NCBI RefSeq assembly: GCF_001997385.1
Contig: NZ_CP019633.1
Location: 480,001-512,000 of the forward strand
Direction: 5' to 3'
DNA from: Sedimentisphaera cyanobacteriorum
GTDB lineage: Bacteria; Planctomycetota; Phycisphaerae; Sedimentisphaerales; Sedimentisphaeraceae
Length of the DNA stretch: 32,000 bases
The notes below the pieces were generated by a model, which saw only the letters and a program-made list of their open reading frames with translations, was not told the origin of the DNA and ran no database searches. Each line of letters opens with the position of its first letter. Positions within the stretch are counted from its first letter, which is position 1. Both the position numbers and the translations under genes were made by a program. Of this stretch, positions 1 to 6,660 are shown piece by piece.

Positions 1-1
1 A

Positions 2-916
2 GCAGGCAGCTGCAAAACTGAATCAAAGCCGGATATCTCTCGCCGCGGAGTTCTGCTGTCTTTTGCAGCAGGCGGGGCGGGGTCTTATGTTGTAAAAGCG
101 GCGGACAAATCAAGCGGGAGCAACTGGGACAGCTCGATTATCCGTCCGCCGGGGTCGCTCAAAGAGGAGGATTTCCTCCAGCGATGCATAAAATGCGGAC
201 AGTGCATAAGGGTATGCCCGTCGAATGTTCTCCAGCCTGCCCCGATAGCGAAGGGGCTTGAGGTGATGTGGACGCCGTTATTGAACAACAAAATCGGTAC
301 GAGCGGATGCCAGCAGAACTGCACAAGCTGCGGAGCGGTTTGCCCAACAGGTGCCATAAAACACCTTACTCTCGACGAAAAACACGGCACTGGTGAATAT
401 GCAGATAAGGGGCCTGTCAAACTTGGAACAGCTTTTGTTGACCGTTCCCGCTGCCTGCCATGGGCGATGAACAAGCCCTGCATCGTTTGTCAGGAGAACT
501 GCCCTGTGAGCCCGAAGGCTATTTACACTATTGATGTGTATGAGCGTGTAAGAAATTATTCATACCATCTTGAAAGCGTAGAGGTTTCCGGGGGCGAGAG
601 CTCTTTGCAATCGGCTTCGGATATCAGCTCCGCTTATGCAACAGGCGATTATTACATTTCCGCAGGTGAGGAGAAATTCAGAATTAAGTCTATTCAGGGC
701 AGAACTGTTACAGTGGAGGGTGAAATTACCAATCCCAATGAGGTAGATAAAATGGAGGTTTTAGCCCATCTCCAGAGGCCTGCAGTAGAGATAGACAGGT
801 GCATTGGCTGCGGTATATGCGAACATGAGTGTCCGGTAAGCGGTAAAAGGGCAATAAGGGTTACTGCTGAGGGCGAATCCAGAGATCCGGAAAGCAGGCT
901 TGTTCTCGGTTCATGA
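2..916 (+). CDS. NapG/MauM-like 4Fe-4S polyferredoxin, 5' end outside the window
   Basis: The frame of the listed 263..916 ORF stays open back to nt 2 (..DISRRGVLLSFAAGGAG..IIRPPGSLKEEDFLQRCIKCGQCIRVCP..). There are four ferredoxin-type Cys motifs: CIKCGQCIRVCP, CTSCGAVCPTG, CIVCQENCPVSP and CIGCGICEHECP. RPPGxL followed by the first CxxCxxCxxxCP is the NapG/MauM pattern. Confidence 0.7.
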   Translation, partial: AGSCKTESKPDISRRGVLLSFAAGGAGSYVVKAADKSSGSNWDSSIIRPPGSLKEEDFLQRCIKCGQCIRVCPSNVLQPAPIAKGLEVMWTPLLNNKIGTSGCQQNCTSCGAVCPTGAIKHLTLDEKHGTGEYADKGPVKLGTAFVDRSRCLPWAMNKPCIVCQENCPVSPKAIYTIDVYERVRNYSYHLESVEVSGGESSLQSASDISSAYATGDYYISAGEEKFRIKSIQGRTVTVEGEITNPNEVDKMEVLAHLQRPAVEIDRCIGCGICEHECPVSGKRAIRVTAEGESRDPESRLVLGS

Positions 917-1005
917 GCTTGTCAAAATAACGAAAGATTCCTAAAGCCCATACGAGTCTGGTGACTTTAGTAATACTATACTAACTTTTTCAGGGGAAAC
1001 ATATT

Positions 1006-2223
1006 ATGACAGATTTTAACAGAAGAAATTTCATCAAGGCAGTTGGTGCTGCCGGCGTAGCAGGCACTTCTTATAAGGTGTATGCTGAGCCGAAAGACAA
1101 AAAAGAATGCGAAAAAAAGGGTGAAGAAAAGAAAAGTCCCGTTCTCCAAAGAACCCTCGGCAAAACAGGGCTCAAAGTTCCAACTTTGGCTCCCGGAATT
1201 ATGTACAATGCCGTAAATAATCAATCTGTTCTGCTGGCCTCTGCTATGAAGGGCGCAACCTACTGGGATACCGCCCATGGATACGCAGGCGGGAACAGCG
1301 AGCTTGGCATCGGTAAATTCTTTGAGAGAAAGCCGGAACTGAGAAAGAAGATCATTATTGCAACGAAGGCCTCGGGAGCAAGTGATAATGCCGGACGAGA
1401 CAATCGCCTTGAAACTTCCTTCAAGCGTATGAACACAGACTATATCGATATCTACTACGGCATACACGCTATGTCCCGCCCCGAACAGCTCACCGATGAA
1501 CTCAAGGAATGGGCTCAGAAGGCCAAGGAAGAAAAGAAAATCAAATTCTTCGGGATCACTACCCACAGAAATATCGAAGAGTGCCTACACGCCTGCGCAG
1601 AGTCGGGTTATATTGATGCGGTAATGTGCAGCTACAATTTCAAGCTTATGCAGCAGGATAAGATGAATAAGGCTGTTGAAGCGGCAAACAAGGCCGGCAT
1701 TGGGCTTGTGGCTATGAAGGTGATGGCGAGAAACGCAGATATTGAAAAGGATGATGATAAAAAGGTTGCTATGCAATTCCTCGAGAAAGGAATGACTCCC
1801 GCGCAGGCAAAGATTAAAGCCATACTTTCAGACGACCGTTTCGCTTCAGCTTGTGTTGGTATGAAGAGCGTTAGGGAATTCAGCGAGAATCTCAAGGCTG
1901 TTCTAAGGGATGAAAAGCTTTCTTTCAGCGATCATCAAAAGCTTGGCGAAATTGCAAAAGCAAATTGCGACGGATACTGCGCAGGCTGTTCTGAGATCTG
2001 CTCAAAGGCCTCAGGCAATCCATATATCAGCGATGCGATGCGTGCCTTGATGTACAACGACAGCTACGGCGAGCACGAGATGGCAATGGAAACCTTCCAT
2101 GAGATTCCGCTGGCTTACAGACAGCAGTTTGCCTCTGCTGATTTTTCCGCTGCTGAGAGGGCGTGTCCGAACAGTATTCCTATTACTAAGCTTTTAAGCA
2201 GAGCAGCTGAGAAGCTTGCTTGA
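1006..2223 (+). CDS. Aldo/keto reductase-fold oxidoreductase with twin-arginine signal and C-terminal Cys cluster
   Basis: The N-terminus MTDFNRRNFIKAVGAAGVAG matches the Tat consensus (RRxFxK). AKR hallmarks are present: LGKTGLKV, WDTAHGYAGGNSE, IIATK and DYIDIYYGIH. The C-terminus has CDGYCAGCSEIC plus a distal ACPNS, as in Fe-S-containing AKR relatives (COG1453-like). GGGGA lies upstream of the ATG. Confidence 0.75.
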   Translation: MTDFNRRNFIKAVGAAGVAGTSYKVYAEPKDKKECEKKGEEKKSPVLQRTLGKTGLKVPTLAPGIMYNAVNNQSVLLASAMKGATYWDTAHGYAGGNSELGIGKFFERKPELRKKIIIATKASGASDNAGRDNRLETSFKRMNTDYIDIYYGIHAMSRPEQLTDELKEWAQKAKEEKKIKFFGITTHRNIEECLHACAESGYIDAVMCSYNFKLMQQDKMNKAVEAANKAGIGLVAMKVMARNADIEKDDDKKVAMQFLEKGMTPAQAKIKAILSDDRFASACVGMKSVREFSENLKAVLRDEKLSFSDHQKLGEIAKANCDGYCAGCSEICSKASGNPYISDAMRALMYNDSYGEHEMAMETFHEIPLAYRQQFASADFSAAERACPNSIPITKLLSRAAEKLA

Positions 2224-2232
2224 TATTTACAG

Positions 2233-2256
2233 AAAAATATTCACAGCCATCCCATA
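2233..2256. repeat. Left target-site duplication (2233-2241) plus left IR (2242-2256) of the IS4 element
   Basis: Direct reading: AAAAATATT|CACAGCCATCCCATA. The boundary is ambiguous by 1 nt because G2232 matches G3751. Confidence 0.85.
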
Positions 2257-3751
2257 GAAGAGCAAAATACAAGATGTTTCTTTAAAACCAGCGGGGTATG
2301 AGTTACACTAATTCTTTCAGTCTAATTAAACAAATTAGGAGTAACCCATGACACCCGCCAAACATCAATATAGCATTCTTAAGCAAATATGCCAACATAT
2401 TCCTGCACATCTTGTTTCAAAATTGTCTCGGTCTTTCGGTATTGACAAGCAATCACGAACATTTTCTTGCTGGTCGCACATTGTATCTATGCTTCATGTC
2501 CAGATTGCTCACAGTCTCTCGCTCAACGACGTTTCCGACACATTGCGTAATCATTCTGGAGCTTTGACTCCTATCCGCCGTGCAACCCCTCCAAGCAGGA
2601 ATGGGCTTTCTCATGCAAACAGGGTTCGAGATCCTCTTATGGCAGAGACTCTCTTCTGGGAGGCGCTGTCCCATATCCAGAACAAACATCTTGATTTTGG
2701 GAGAGGCCATAAGTATTCCGGCCTTCCGAGGCGTTTTAAGAGAGCAATATATGCGGTTGACTCAACCACGATCCAGCTTGTAGCCAACTGTATTGACTGG
2801 GCTAAACATCGCAGACGAAAAGCGGCTGCAAAGTGCCATATGCAGCTGAATCTCCAGACGTTCCTGCCTCAATTTGCTATTGTAAAAGAAGCCTCAACCC
2901 ATGATTCGACAGAAGCTTATCAGCTCTGTCAGGACCTTAAAAGCGGCGAAATAGCGGTTTTTGACAAGGCTTACGTGGATTTTAAGCATCTAGCAGATCT
3001 TGACAGGCGAGAATTATTCTGGGTTACCAGAGCCAAAGATAATATGAAATATCGTTTTGTTAAACAGAATACAGAACCAAAAGGTAATATCCAATACGAT
3101 GCTTTAATTGAACTTGAAATGCCGAAAAGCCGCGAGGCATACCCGAAGAAGCTCCGTTTAGTTAAGGCTTATGTGGAAATTAACGGCGAGAAAAAGCTTA
3201 TGAAATTTATCACGAACAATATGCAGTGGGCGCCGAGCAGTATTTGCGACCTATATAAGTGCCGCTGGGGTATAGAGGTGTTTTTCAAGCAGATAAAACA
3301 GACTTTGCAGCTAAGCGATTTCCTAGGGCATAGCCAAAAAGCAATTCTATGGCAAGTATGGACGGCTATGCTGGCTTATATTTTAATAAGGTATATAGGT
3401 TTCCTCGGTCAGTGGAAAGGAGCATTCAGCCGATTGTTTACTTTACTGAGGGGTGTATTATTCAGCCGGCTGGATGTTTTTAGCGTTATGGCTGCCTGTG
3501 GGACAGCACGTGGTTCACCGCGTATGGTTGGCAGCCCTCAGCAGGCTTATTTGCCGGGTTTTAATATGTAGCAAGATTTTACGAAAATAAAGAGGTGAAA
3601 AGAGAGCGGGCAGTATTGAGCAAAAAACTGCCAATTGAACAAAAGCAAAAAAAATGCAAACTGGGGTAATTCAAATCCTTCAAGAAAAGGGCGTTTTAAT
3701 ACAATAAACAAGCCCTCAACGATAAATTTATGGACTTATGGGATGGCTGTG
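2242..3751 (+). mobile_element. IS4-family insertion sequence (1510 bp), apparently intact
   Basis: Perfect 15-bp terminal inverted repeats: CACAGCCATCCCATA at 2242-2256 and its reverse complement at 3737-3751. A single DDE transposase ORF lies inside. A 9-bp direct repeat AAAAATATT flanks both ends (2233-2241 and 3752-3760). Confidence 0.85.
2348..3571 (+). CDS. IS4-family DDE transposase
   Basis: Candidate DDE residues sit in AVDSTTIQL, VFDKAYVDF and the Y-x2-R-x3-E-x6-K signature YKCRWGIEVFFKQIKQ typical of DDE_Tnp_1/IS4. AGGAG lies 7 nt upstream of the ATG. Confidence 0.85.
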   Translation: MTPAKHQYSILKQICQHIPAHLVSKLSRSFGIDKQSRTFSCWSHIVSMLHVQIAHSLSLNDVSDTLRNHSGALTPIRRATPPSRNGLSHANRVRDPLMAETLFWEALSHIQNKHLDFGRGHKYSGLPRRFKRAIYAVDSTTIQLVANCIDWAKHRRRKAAAKCHMQLNLQTFLPQFAIVKEASTHDSTEAYQLCQDLKSGEIAVFDKAYVDFKHLADLDRRELFWVTRAKDNMKYRFVKQNTEPKGNIQYDALIELEMPKSREAYPKKLRLVKAYVEINGEKKLMKFITNNMQWAPSSICDLYKCRWGIEVFFKQIKQTLQLSDFLGHSQKAILWQVWTAMLAYILIRYIGFLGQWKGAFSRLFTLLRGVLFSRLDVFSVMAACGTARGSPRMVGSPQQAYLPGFNM

Positions 3752-3760
3752 AAAAATATT
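3737..3760. repeat. Right IR (3737-3751) plus right target-site duplication (3752-3760) of the IS4 element
   Basis: Direct reading: TATGGGATGGCTGTG|AAAAATATT. Confidence 0.85.
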
Positions 3761-3793
3761 TTATTATTTTATTAGTAATTTAATATTTTCCGG

Positions 3794-3821
3794 TTGAAAA
3801 CTCGGGACGAATGTATAAAAT
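3794..3821 (+). promoter_or_regulatory. Possible sigma70-type promoter of the tRNA cluster
   Basis: TTGAAA (3794-3799), a 16-nt spacer, then TAAAAT (3816-3821), about 20 nt upstream of tRNA-Tyr. This is a motif match only. Confidence 0.35.
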
Positions 3822-3842
3822 GCCGTATTCCTTTGACAAAAA

Positions 3843-3925
3843 GGGTCGGTGCCCGAGTGGCTAAAGGGGACGGGCTGTAAACCCGTTGGCGAGAGCCTTC
3901 GTTGGTTCGAATCCAACCCGGCCCA
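3843..3925 (+). tRNA. tRNA-Tyr (anticodon GTA), class II with long variable arm
   Basis: Acceptor stem GGGTCGG/CCGGCCC. Anticodon arm ACGGG-CT-GTA-AA-CCCGT. Long variable arm TGGCGAGAGCCTTCG. T-arm GTTGG-TTCGAAT-CCAAC. Discriminator A; no encoded CCA. Confidence 0.9.
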
Positions 3926-3987
3926 TTTGAAGCCCCGGTAAAATTAAAAACTTATCGGGGTTTTCTTTGCCTTAGCAAAGACTTTCA

Positions 3988-4061
3988 GGGCCCATAGCTC
4001 AGTTGGTTAGAGCTACGGACTCATAATCCGTCGGTCCTTGGTTCGAGTCCAAGTGGGCCCA
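3988..4061 (+). tRNA. tRNA with CAT anticodon (elongator Met or lysidine-modified Ile2; not an initiator)
   Basis: Acceptor stem GGGCCCA/TGGGCCC with a paired 1:72. Anticodon arm ACGGA-CT-CAT-AA-TCCGT, without the three G:C pairs of initiators. T-arm CTTGG-TTCGAGT-CCAAG. Confidence 0.85.
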
Positions 4062-4083
4062 TTTTTGCTCTGAAATCATCTAC

Positions 4084-4157
4084 GGCGACGTGGCCAAGTG
4101 GTCTAAGGCGTCGGTTTGCAAAACCGATATTCGCCGGTTCGAATCCGGCCGTCGCCT
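4084..4157 (+). tRNA. tRNA-Cys (anticodon GCA)
   Basis: Acceptor stem GGCGACG/CGTCGCC. Anticodon arm TCGGT-TT-GCA-AA-ACCGA. T-arm GCCGG-TTCGAAT-CCGGC. Discriminator T. Confidence 0.9.
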
Positions 4158-4269
4158 CTGCTTTTCTTTCTTGTTCCAAGTTTAGATTTAATCTGGGCAG
4201 CAAGTCTTTTGAGAAGCCCAAACACTTCCGAATTCGTTTTCAATGCGCTTTTAGATTATGAAATTACTT

Positions 4270-4671
4270 TCAGCTGAAAGCCTTTTCGATGTGTTTGGTT
4301 TTCGGGCGTCCTTTTGGCGGGAGAATGATTGTGATAATATCGAATTGAAATTTTCGTTCGCGTTGACCGTTTTCTCTGAGGAATGCCTTTGCTGCGGATT
4401 TGAGAAATTTTTTCTTGTCCTTATCCACAGCCCGCTCAGAAGGTTTAAGTCCTTCCTGCCTGCGGGTTTTCACTTCCGTAAATACAATTCTTCCAGTCTT
4501 GTCTGAAGTGATCAGGTCTATTTCGTATCTGCCCTTGCGGTAGTTTGAACATATAAGTCTGTGGCCTTTTTTCTTCAGCATTCCCGCTGCAAATTTCTCG
4601 CCCCAGCTGCCGAGGGCTGAACTGTTTTTGAGCAGTTTTTTACGAAAGAATATATGAGCGAAGCTTTTCAT
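4270..4671 (-). CDS. yraN: YraN-family (UPF0102) endonuclease-like protein
   Basis: GEKFAAGMLKKKGHRLICSNYRKGRYEIDLITSD..IVFTEVKTRR matches the YraN core (GE..A..L...G......N.R...GEIDLI....LVFVEVKTR). I prefer the ATG at 4671 (MKSFAH..) because the longer 4704 start lies inside the rplS terminator hairpin. Confidence 0.75.
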   Translation of the reverse strand: MKSFAHIFFRKKLLKNSSALGSWGEKFAAGMLKKKGHRLICSNYRKGRYEIDLITSDKTGRIVFTEVKTRRQEGLKPSERAVDKDKKKFLKSAAKAFLRENGQRERKFQFDIITIILPPKGRPKTKHIEKAFS

Positions 4672-4684
4672 AAAGCTCAAGAGG

Positions 4685-4720
4685 AAATAAAAAACCGGCC
4701 GCATTTAGTGCTGCGGCCGG
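4685..4720 (-). terminator. Rho-independent terminator after rplS
   Basis: On the minus strand, a 9-bp GC stem (CCGGCCGCA/TGCGGCCGG, 4695-4703 with 4712-4720) and an 8-nt loop are followed by TTTTTTATTT (plus-strand 4685-4694). Confidence 0.75.
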
Positions 4721-4734
4721 AAATTGGTTCTGTA

Positions 4735-5109
4735 TTATGATTTTCTTACAGCTGTATGTGCGGAGTGCCTTTGCTTGAGGCGTACAGCCTTGCCCGCTCT
4801 CTGGCGGAGGAAGTAAAGCTTTGCCCTTCGCACCTTAGCGCTTCTAATCGGGACAACATCCACAACATTCGGCGAATGAAGCGGGAAAACACGTTCTACG
4901 CCCTGATCTGCTATCATTCTGCGAACGGTGAAAGATTCGTTTATGCCGCGTCCTTTCCTTGCAATCACAACGCCGCTGAAAACCTGCACCCTTGTCTTGT
5001 TTCCTTCTTTTATTCTGCAGTGAACCTCAACGGTATCCCCTATTTCAAAATAGGGCACTTTGTCCTTAAGGCTCGCTGATTCTACAGCATTTAATAATTC
5101 AGTTTTCAC
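4735..5109 (-). CDS. rplS: 50S ribosomal protein L19
   Basis: FEIGDTVEVHCRIKEGNKTRVQVFSGVVIARKGRGINESFTVRRM..GVERVFPLHSP is canonical L19. The likely start is GTG at 5109 with GGAGA 8 nt upstream. The listed 5151 ATG would add 14 residues lying inside trmD. Confidence 0.9.
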   Translation of the reverse strand: MKTELLNAVESASLKDKVPYFEIGDTVEVHCRIKEGNKTRVQVFSGVVIARKGRGINESFTVRRMIADQGVERVFPLHSPNVVDVVPIRSAKVRRAKLYFLRQRAGKAVRLKQRHSAHTAVRKS

Positions 5110-5821
5110 GATTATTCTCCTGATATTTACTGTTATCTTTGTATTTCTCAAACAAATCCGGCCTTACAGCCTTTGTCCGTTCAAGCGATTTTTCAAGCCG
5201 CCATTTTTCGATATTCTTGTGATGCCCGCTCAAGAGCACCTCCGGAACTGTCATATTTCGGTAGTTCTCCGGCCTTGTGTAGTGCGGATATTCAAGAAGG
5301 CCGTTGGAGAATGATTCGTCTTTTGCCGAATCTTCATCTCCCAGCACACCTTCCAGCAGTCTTGCCACTGAATCCACAATCACCATTGCCGGCAGTTCGC
5401 CGCCTGTGAGCACGTAGTCTCCGATAGACACCTGCTCGGCGCCGAGCCCCTCGCGGATGCGTTCGTCGAAGCCTTCATACCTTCCGGCTATTATTACAAC
5501 CCTCTCTTCTCTGCTGAGCTGTTCAGCCATTTTCTGGTCGTACTGCCTTCCCTGCGGGGTCATCAGCAGAACTCTCCCTGGCTTTGGCCCCGCTTGAGCA
5601 ACGTGCTCGAAGCACCGGAAAACCGGCTCGCACATCATCACCATTCCAGGCCCGCCGCCATAGGGCTTGTCGTCCACCTTGCGGTGGGGGTTGTCTGTAA
5701 AGTCTCTAATATTTGAAAGAGCTATCTCAAACGCTCCGGTCTGCTGGCCGCGTTTGAGAATCGAGCTGCCCATCGGTGAGGCAAACATCTCGGGGAAAAG
5801 AGTAAGAATATCAAATCTCAT
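5099..5821 (-). CDS. trmD: tRNA (guanine37-N1)-methyltransferase
   Basis: MRFDILTLFPEMF.. ..YGGGPGMVM.. ..GRYEGFDERI.. ..SIGDYVLTGGELPAMV are TrmD signatures. Confidence 0.95.
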   Translation of the reverse strand: MRFDILTLFPEMFASPMGSSILKRGQQTGAFEIALSNIRDFTDNPHRKVDDKPYGGGPGMVMMCEPVFRCFEHVAQAGPKPGRVLLMTPQGRQYDQKMAEQLSREERVVIIAGRYEGFDERIREGLGAEQVSIGDYVLTGGELPAMVIVDSVARLLEGVLGDEDSAKDESFSNGLLEYPHYTRPENYRNMTVPEVLLSGHHKNIEKWRLEKSLERTKAVRPDLFEKYKDNSKYQENNREN

Positions 5822-5835
5822 TTGGCCATGCAGGC

Positions 5836-6294
5836 TTATTCAGCCTTTTCAGCTTTAGCGTTTTCGGCCTCTGCCTTTTCAGCTTTCGCCTTTTCCTTAG
5901 CCTCGGCTTCGGCCTTGGCAGCTTCTATCTTATCGGTTTTGGCTTTAGCTGCAGCGAGTTTTTCCTGCTTGGTAAAAGGCACACCTTTCTTGCGGGCAAG
6001 AGCCTTCGCCCTATCCCTGCGAGCCTTTTTACGCTTGTACGTTGGGCACTCAATCTCGAACTTTTCGAGTATCTGGGCTACTGTATCGGAAGGTACAGCT
6101 CCCTTATCGATCCATTTCTTGGCCTTTTCGGTGTCCAGCTCGATCTGGCTGTCCTTGTCTTTCTTGAGAGGGTCGTAATGACCTACCTTCTCAAGAATCC
6201 TGCCGTCTCTGGGCGTAGTGGATTCCACTGCGTTGATTCGGAAGAACGGGCGGTGTCTTCTGCCCATCCTCGTCATTCTTAATTTTACTGCCAT
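5836..6294 (-). CDS. rpsP: 30S ribosomal protein S16 with Lys/Ala/Glu-rich C-terminal extension
   Basis: MAVKLRMTRMGRRHRPFFRINAVESTTPRDGRILEKVGHYDP is canonical S16. AGGAG lies 8 nt upstream. The C-terminal ~65 aa are low-complexity KAE repeats. Confidence 0.9.
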   Translation of the reverse strand: MAVKLRMTRMGRRHRPFFRINAVESTTPRDGRILEKVGHYDPLKKDKDSQIELDTEKAKKWIDKGAVPSDTVAQILEKFEIECPTYKRKKARRDRAKALARKKGVPFTKQEKLAAAKAKTDKIEAAKAEAEAKEKAKAEKAEAENAKAEKAE

Positions 6295-6323
6295 ATTTCA
6301 GCTCCTGTAAAAAAGTATATAAT

Positions 6324-6653
6324 TTAATTCCGCGGCTCACTGCCGCGAACACGTTTACAATATAATGCATAGCCGTTTATAAATATCGAAAGCAGGGCTT
6401 CATCTATCCCCGCATCCTCCGATATAGCTCTTATCTTTTCATCGCTGAGATTCTCAGCGTCTTTTTTCTCCGATTCTGTCATAATAGCAACAGCTTTTCT
6501 CAGGTCTTCTGCTTCCTGCTGAGTAGGGCAGGCAAGTGCAGCCAGCTCGGAGGCTCCAGAGAGAATATCGGAAAACTGCTGCCTTACCATAAGCCCGAAG
6601 CTGTCTCCTTCAAGAGAGGTAACCTGTTCAAGATATTCCTCGATATTTTTCAT
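6324..6653 (-). CDS. Hypothetical acidic helical protein (109 aa)
   Basis: The ORF is wedged between ffh (7-nt gap) and rpsP (29-nt gap) on the same strand. I recognise no motif. Confidence 0.55.
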   Translation of the reverse strand: MKNIEEYLEQVTSLEGDSFGLMVRQQFSDILSGASELAALACPTQQEAEDLRKAVAIMTESEKKDAENLSDEKIRAISEDAGIDEALLSIFINGYALYCKRVRGSEPRN

Positions 6654-6660
6654 AGCACAA

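Noticed and set aside
976-1566. 196-aa minus-strand ORF over the aldo/keto reductase; similar cases at 27146-27610 and 29865-30464
   Set aside because: All lie antisense to longer ORFs with recognisable or signal-peptide-bearing products. They have no independent support.
4021-4221. 66-aa minus-strand ORF
   Set aside because: It overlaps tRNA-CAT and tRNA-Cys on the opposite strand and is an artefact.
5822-5835. Searched for rimM or a KH-domain gene between rpsP and trmD
   Set aside because: Only 14 nt separate the two genes, so nothing can be encoded there. I report this as an absence under findings.
5822-6178. 118-aa ORF with AFSAFAFS/ALAA repeats
   Set aside because: It is the antisense reading of the KAE-rich tail and core of rpsP. 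The repetitive peptide reflects the S16 repeat DNA.
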